The notes under the pieces are model-generated. The model had not been told where the DNA came from, ran no database searches, and saw nothing but the letters and a program-made list of their open reading frames with translations. The position numbers and the translations under genes were made by a program. DNA of 64,000 nt, taken from positions 1 to 64,000 of the IMG/VR virus record IMGVR_UViG_3300042350_001802; one strand, given 5' to 3'. Source of the stretch: a virus. Positions 59,013 through 64,000 of the stretch are shown here, one piece after another. Position 1 is the stretch's first letter; every line of letters begins with the position of its first letter.

Positions 59013-60029
59013 ATGCCATTTTCAGTAAGTATATCATTATCAGGATTAGGTGCTAATACAGGACCTTTTAACTTATTATCTAATGCATCTGGCTCATTTG
59101 TTGTTTTTATGACAGGTGTTAGCAAATCTTTAATTGCTTCACCAGCAATATTTACAGTTTTAGTTCCTGATAATACAACCATTATTAGAGTACAGTCCAC
59201 AGGTACATGTTCAACATTTATTGACCTTTTTGTAATTGGAGGACCTTTACCACCAACCACAACTACTACAACATCTGGAACTACCACTACTACTACATCA
59301 GGTGGATCAACAACCACCACCACAACAGTGAGTGGTCCGACAACTACGACAACTACATCTGGCGGATCAACAACTACTTCGACTACTGGGTCACCATCAA
59401 CTACGACTACTACTATATTAGTACCCACTACAACTACTACCACATCTGGAGCAACACCGACAACTACTACAAGTAGTACTACTTCTACAACATCTACTAG
59501 TTCTACAACTACAAGCACTAGTACTACTACCACAACAATAGAACCGACTACTACAACGACCAGTTCAACAACTAGTACAACATCTACAACAAGTTCTACA
59601 TCAACAACTACAACTGTTGAACCTACAACTACAACCACATCTTCTACTAGTACTACAACTACTGAAGAACCCACAACAACTACTACTAGTACTACATTAG
59701 AGCCAACTACAACTACTACAACTACAGAGTGTTTAAATCCTTGTTACGAAACTGAGTATAGTGTAAGTGGAGATGGAACTGCTGAATGGTTTAGTTGTAA
59801 TCAACAATCTGGACCTCCTAACACTCAAGCTGTTAGTACAGGAACATATTCGTTCTGTCATGATGGAAGTGGTGTAGTATTCTATAATGGTGCATCTGGG
59901 ACACCAATTGGTACTCCAACTATTTGTGGATGTAATGAACCACCTCCTACAACTACAACTTCAACAAGTACAACTACCACATTAGAACCAACTACTACTA
60001 CTACTTTTACAACATTAAATCCTGAATAA
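59013..60029 (+). CDS. Mucin-like Thr/Ser/Pro-rich protein
   Basis: About 160 aa near-continuous T/S/P stretch plus a small Cys domain. Confidence 0.8.
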   Translation: MPFSVSISLSGLGANTGPFNLLSNASGSFVVFMTGVSKSLIASPAIFTVLVPDNTTIIRVQSTGTCSTFIDLFVIGGPLPPTTTTTTSGTTTTTTSGGSTTTTTTVSGPTTTTTTSGGSTTTSTTGSPSTTTTTILVPTTTTTTSGATPTTTTSSTTSTTSTSSTTTSTSTTTTTIEPTTTTTSSTTSTTSTTSSTSTTTTVEPTTTTTSSTSTTTTEEPTTTTTSTTLEPTTTTTTTECLNPCYETEYSVSGDGTAEWFSCNQQSGPPNTQAVSTGTYSFCHDGSGVVFYNGASGTPIGTPTICGCNEPPPTTTTSTSTTTTLEPTTTTTFTTLNPE

Positions 60030-60039
60030 ACGGAAAACT

Positions 60040-60264
60040 ATGAGCAATATAACTGAATGTAAATCTCCTTGTTATAATCAAGAATATATGGTTAACGGGG
60101 TTGGTGTTGCAGTATTCACAGAATGTAAAGGTTCTTCATCTATTTCAGTATTTGTTGAAACAGGATCATATACATTTTGTCATAATGGATCAGGAGTTGT
60201 TTTTAAAGGTAGTCTCTTTGCTTTTCCTGTTGGGGAAAAAGTAGTATGTGGATGCAACGATTAA
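60040..60264 (+). CDS. Stand-alone paralogue of the Cys domain of the previous gene
   Basis: ECKSPCY..EY.V.G.G.A...TGSYTFCHNGSGVVF...CGCN. Confidence 0.75.
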   Translation: MSNITECKSPCYNQEYMVNGVGVAVFTECKGSSSISVFVETGSYTFCHNGSGVVFKGSLFAFPVGEKVVCGCND

Positions 60265-60285
60265 TACACCTGAAGTAAAGTAAGC

Positions 60286-61752
60286 ATGTCTTGTAATTGT
60301 AACAATCAGTATGTTTTATGTGATCCTCCCTGTCCTAATAGTTCAGGAACGACTACATCGTCGACTACAACAACTACTACTTTATGTCTAGATGCTGAAG
60401 TTTGTGTAGATGTTAAAAAAGATATATGTGTAGTTCATCCTGGGAGTACATGTTATGGAATAGAGGCTCTTACTGATCTTAATACGCTAATATTAAATTT
60501 AATCAGTTTACTTCCTACCCCAACAGCATGTTTGACCACAACAACTACTACTGTCAAACCTACTACAACAACAAGTACAACATTAGTTCCCACTACTACA
60601 ACTACTACTTGTATTTGTCCTACAACAACGACAAGTACAAGTACATCTACAACATCTACAACCACACTTGCTCCGTGTAGTTGTTTAACATTTAGTATTA
60701 AAAATATTACTACTTCTACACAAAAGTATTCATATGAGAATTGTTCTCATGTGCAGATTAACAATGTAAATATTGCTGCTGGTGTTACACAGATTATATG
60801 TGTATGTAATGAAAATCTAGTTTATGATCGTACTAAGTTTATAGTGATTGCTACCGGACAAGGGTGTAATACTTCTACAACTACATCCACTAGCACATCT
60901 ACTACTAGTACTACCAGTAGTTCTACAACAACTACAACAACAAATCCTTGTCCTGCATGTAACACTTATAAGATACAATCTACATCTCTACCTGCATCAT
61001 GGCTAGGTAAGAGATGCGATGATGGGGTTGTTGTAAGCTATAACTTTACAAGCGTTGGTCAAATTATTACAACTCCTTGTATTTGTTCTACTTCTTTAGT
61101 AGTAAGCAACGCTTCTGTAAAAGAAACTACAAACTGTATTGGAACTACTACAACTTCTACAAGCACTTCTACTACATCTACAACTACAGCAGCTCCAACA
61201 ACTACAACTACTACAATAGCTTGTTTACAATATATTCTTTCTAGTCCTACTGGAGGATATGCAACCGCTACATCTTGTATTGGGGAAGAAGTTATTATTT
61301 CTGTACCTGTTATAACACCGGTGGTAACTCCTTGTGTACAGGTTGGGTCTCTTGTATTACATGAAGCTGTGATTGATTATAGTATTCCTTGTGGTGGAAC
61401 TACAAGCACTACAACAAGTACTAGCACTACAACCACTTTACCTGCATGCGAATGCTTCTCTATAGAGAACCTAACAGAATTAACTGAAGGAGCTGTGATT
61501 ATACCTTGTGGTAGTAATGATCCTTTAGAGGTTAGTATTGCTCCATTTACAATCAATAGTTACTGTGTTAAATACGGAACTGTTCCTTATGAGCAATCAG
61601 GGTCTAGTCTGAACATTGTAAGATGTTACACATTTACATGTACTTCAAATATAGATTGTACTGGATGTATTGATACTACAACGACAACTACAACAGCTCC
61701 GACTACAACTACCACTACAGAAATACCAACAACCACTACAACTACAATATAA
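60286..61752 (+). CDS. Mucin-like protein: Cys domains separated by poly-Thr/Ser linkers
   Basis: Several T/S tracts alternating with about four C-x-x-[YF]-x-[IL] domains. Confidence 0.8.
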   Translation: MSCNCNNQYVLCDPPCPNSSGTTTSSTTTTTTLCLDAEVCVDVKKDICVVHPGSTCYGIEALTDLNTLILNLISLLPTPTACLTTTTTTVKPTTTTSTTLVPTTTTTTCICPTTTTSTSTSTTSTTTLAPCSCLTFSIKNITTSTQKYSYENCSHVQINNVNIAAGVTQIICVCNENLVYDRTKFIVIATGQGCNTSTTTSTSTSTTSTTSSSTTTTTTNPCPACNTYKIQSTSLPASWLGKRCDDGVVVSYNFTSVGQIITTPCICSTSLVVSNASVKETTNCIGTTTTSTSTSTTSTTTAAPTTTTTTIACLQYILSSPTGGYATATSCIGEEVIISVPVITPVVTPCVQVGSLVLHEAVIDYSIPCGGTTSTTTSTSTTTTLPACECFSIENLTELTEGAVIIPCGSNDPLEVSIAPFTINSYCVKYGTVPYEQSGSSLNIVRCYTFTCTSNIDCTGCIDTTTTTTTAPTTTTTTEIPTTTTTTI

Positions 61753-61783
61753 TAAGATTGTATATTTGTAGAAAACCAACATT

Positions 61784-62716
61784 ATGAAATTTGTCTGTGC
61801 ACAACCAGCGATAGACTATTACGCTTGGCAAGTTGAGGTGATGATTCTCAACTTTATCAGAAACGGAGTAAACGCAAATGACATACATATAGTATGTGGC
61901 TATTATGGATCTGTCCCAGAAAGATGGAGAAAATTAGCTAATACATACAACTATGTGTGTTTTTTCTTTTATCCGGATGATCGTCCTAAAAAGGGTTATA
62001 TACCAAGCATTCGTCCTTACATTTTACATAAACACTGGATAGCTCGTCCTGAGTTAGAAAAGGAAACAGTGTTCTATCATGATTCTGATATTATTTTAAG
62101 TAAACCTTTTGCTTTCCAACATCTTTCAGAAGGAGATACTTGCTATGTAGCTGATACTATTAGTTACATAGGAGCTAATTATGTACGTAGTAAAGGTGAG
62201 CACTATTTAGATATTATGACATCTATTGTAGGTGTCGATAAGCAACTAGTTATAGATAACGAAAAAGATAGTGGTGGTGCTCAGTATATCATTAAAGATA
62301 TAGATGCACTTTTTTGGGAAACTATGTATCATGATGTTGAAGAGATGTATACCACTGTAAATCAAATGATTGCGGAAGATAAAGCTAAAGATCCATCACA
62401 TCATGAGATTCAAATATGGTGCGCTGACATGTGGTGTTTACTTTGGGGACTTTGGAAGCGCGGTAAAGAGGTGAAAGTTACACAAGAACTATCTTTTTCT
62501 TGGGGGACATCTAATATAGAGCAGTGGGATATGCATAATATCTTTCACAATGCTGGTGTAACTCACGAAAGAGCTAATGAATTATTCTACAAAGGAGCAT
62601 ATATACATACACTTCCTTTTGATGATGTAAGTAAAAAGACTTATAGTGATAAGTTTTGTTCTATTAAGTATGTAGATGAAATCTTAAAAACAAAGGAGGT
62701 GACATGTTTAAAATAA
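61784..62716 (+). CDS. Glycosyltransferase resembling peptidyl-Ser/Hyp O-glycosyltransferases (SGT1/HPAT, GT96/GT95-like)
   Basis: YYAWQ, YIPSIRPYILHKHW, VFYHDSDII (DxD), GGAQYII, WCADMW. Confidence 0.65.
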   Translation: MKFVCAQPAIDYYAWQVEVMILNFIRNGVNANDIHIVCGYYGSVPERWRKLANTYNYVCFFFYPDDRPKKGYIPSIRPYILHKHWIARPELEKETVFYHDSDIILSKPFAFQHLSEGDTCYVADTISYIGANYVRSKGEHYLDIMTSIVGVDKQLVIDNEKDSGGAQYIIKDIDALFWETMYHDVEEMYTTVNQMIAEDKAKDPSHHEIQIWCADMWCLLWGLWKRGKEVKVTQELSFSWGTSNIEQWDMHNIFHNAGVTHERANELFYKGAYIHTLPFDDVSKKTYSDKFCSIKYVDEILKTKEVTCLK

Positions 62717-63177
62717 ATAGTGAAGAACCAAAAGAGCATTGGTCATTTTTAGATATATCTGGAAAGATTGTATTAGATCTAGGATGTGGTAAGTTCTACT
62801 CATCTATATCTACAGCACAGTGGTTTTTAAATGAGGGTGCTGCAAAGGTAATAGGGGTAGATCTTTCTAAAGAAGGTATTGAAGACTCTAAACTTGTAGC
62901 ATATGCTAAAGCTGTTTCTAGTAAAGAAGACCTTGAATACTTTCTGCATTATATGCCAGAGATTATTAAGTGTGATATTGAAGGTGCTGAAATATATTTT
63001 GATGAGATTGAACAGCTTCCTACATCTGTAAAACAGTTTGCTGTAGAATACCACGATAACAATCTTAAGACAATCTGTGAGAAAGCTATTCAAAGATGGG
63101 GTTTTACTAATGTTGAACTATATCAGTTGTTTAACGAAAATACAGACCGAGTGGGGGTCTTACACGCATGGAAATAA
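62704..63177 (+). CDS. SAM-dependent methyltransferase (FkbM-like)
   Basis: VLDLGCG, IKCDIEGAE, VEYH. Confidence 0.75.
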   Translation: MFKINSEEPKEHWSFLDISGKIVLDLGCGKFYSSISTAQWFLNEGAAKVIGVDLSKEGIEDSKLVAYAKAVSSKEDLEYFLHYMPEIIKCDIEGAEIYFDEIEQLPTSVKQFAVEYHDNNLKTICEKAIQRWGFTNVELYQLFNENTDRVGVLHAWK

Positions 63178-64000
63178 TTAAAGCAACATACGGTGGTGCA
63201 GATGTTACATCTGTTATAAAAGCTAGAATTAAGAATGGACAGCTAAGGATGAAAGTGTCTAACGATACTTTAGGTGACCCAGCTCCAGGTACTTTTAAGT
63301 TTTTAGAAGTGATTCATTCTGAGGGTATTAAGAAAGTTCCAGAAGGTTCCTACATCACTCTTCCAGAATCACAGATTAACAAACTTGGTATCTGGTATTC
63401 TAATAACAACCATGATAAAACAGTTAGGGAATCCGTAATGAATCTTCAACGATTTGAAAACGTCGCGGATATTCTTACATGCGTATGGAATCCCATACCT
63501 GGAAATCCTTTCTATGAGGTGAGTGCTATGACTAAAAGTAGCAGTCATCTCAATATCGTAATCCAGATCTTACAACTTTTATATGCTGCAAAGTCTAGTG
63601 GTAAGTATAAGTATGTCAGCTTTTTAGAGCATGATGTATTGTATCCAGATGGATACTTTAACTTCCCTGACTTTGAGACTGGCATCATGACTAATATGAA
63701 CTACATTGGTATTTGCGAAGCAGGTTTCCAGAGAAAGACAGCTAACCATGAACCTCTTCATCAGATGACAATGATCTTTACAGAAGCTATAGATCACTTT
63801 GAAAACTTAGTAAAGGAAGCTATAGAAAAAGGTGGTGTGCTTGTAGAACCTAATCCAGGTAGAAAACAGTGGATGTGTGCAAATCCTGCAATCCATGTAA
63901 ATCACGGTAGACACTTTACATCCCACTTTAGTATATACAGTAGGGATACATATGAAGAAGATGCTTTCTGGGGAAAAGCTGATTCTTTGATTAATAAACT
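63168..64000 (+). CDS. Lectin-like N-domain plus GT-A glycosyltransferase (partial, runs off the window)
   Basis: Hand translation MEIIKATYGGADVT...LGDPAPGTFKFLEV...YVSFLEHDVLYPDGYF; open to 64000. Confidence 0.65.
   Translation, partial: MEIIKATYGGADVTSVIKARIKNGQLRMKVSNDTLGDPAPGTFKFLEVIHSEGIKKVPEGSYITLPESQINKLGIWYSNNNHDKTVRESVMNLQRFENVADILTCVWNPIPGNPFYEVSAMTKSSSHLNIVIQILQLLYAAKSSGKYKYVSFLEHDVLYPDGYFNFPDFETGIMTNMNYIGICEAGFQRKTANHEPLHQMTMIFTEAIDHFENLVKEAIEKGGVLVEPNPGRKQWMCANPAIHVNHGRHFTSHFSIYSRDTYEEDAFWGKADSLINK

Noticed and set aside
58865-60665. Val-rich minus-strand ORFs (269 aa and 70 aa)
   Set aside because: Antisense shadows of the poly-Thr codons
19000-63100. Many antisense or off-frame ORFs within long genes (for example 30699-31385 and 34571-35221)
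   Set aside because: Overlap well-supported genes and show no motifs
1-64000. TAG/TGA stop-codon reassignment as in some crAss lineages
   Set aside because: Long genes are intact in code 11; ung and terL end at TAG; no suppressor tRNA seen

Overview
A 64 kb, AT-rich segment of a crAss-like (Crassvirales-type) phage, probably infecting Bacteroidota (TAnnTTTG/TAnnTTCG promoters, A-rich leaders without Shine-Dalgarno). It has two divergent arms that switch at about 18.0-18.7 kb. The leftward arm (1-18 kb, minus strand) carries early/middle genes: uracil-DNA glycosylase, SF2 helicase, HNH and NinB-like proteins, a metallophosphoesterase, a MoxR/CobS AAA+ with a vWA-like partner, Fis-like and ParB-like proteins, and small lipoproteins. 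It also holds a complete tmRNA, a pseudo-tRNA, three covarying 40-44 nt tRNA-mimic elements and several structured intergenic RNAs. The rightward arm (18.7-64 kb) carries IHF-like and PD-(D/E)XK proteins, terminase, portal, scaffold, major capsid, a Dps-like protein and several tail fibres. An accessory module (Kelch-like propeller, TonB-box beta-barrel, U32-methyltransferase fusion, permease) is inserted among the fibres. A block of Cys-rich, poly-Thr mucin-like proteins is followed directly by an SGT1/HPAT-like protein O-glycosyltransferase, a methyltransferase and a second glycosyltransferase. The best novel-system candidates are this putative virion mucin O-glycosylation system and the tRNA-mimic elements. 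All family calls come from motif recognition by eye; no searches were run.
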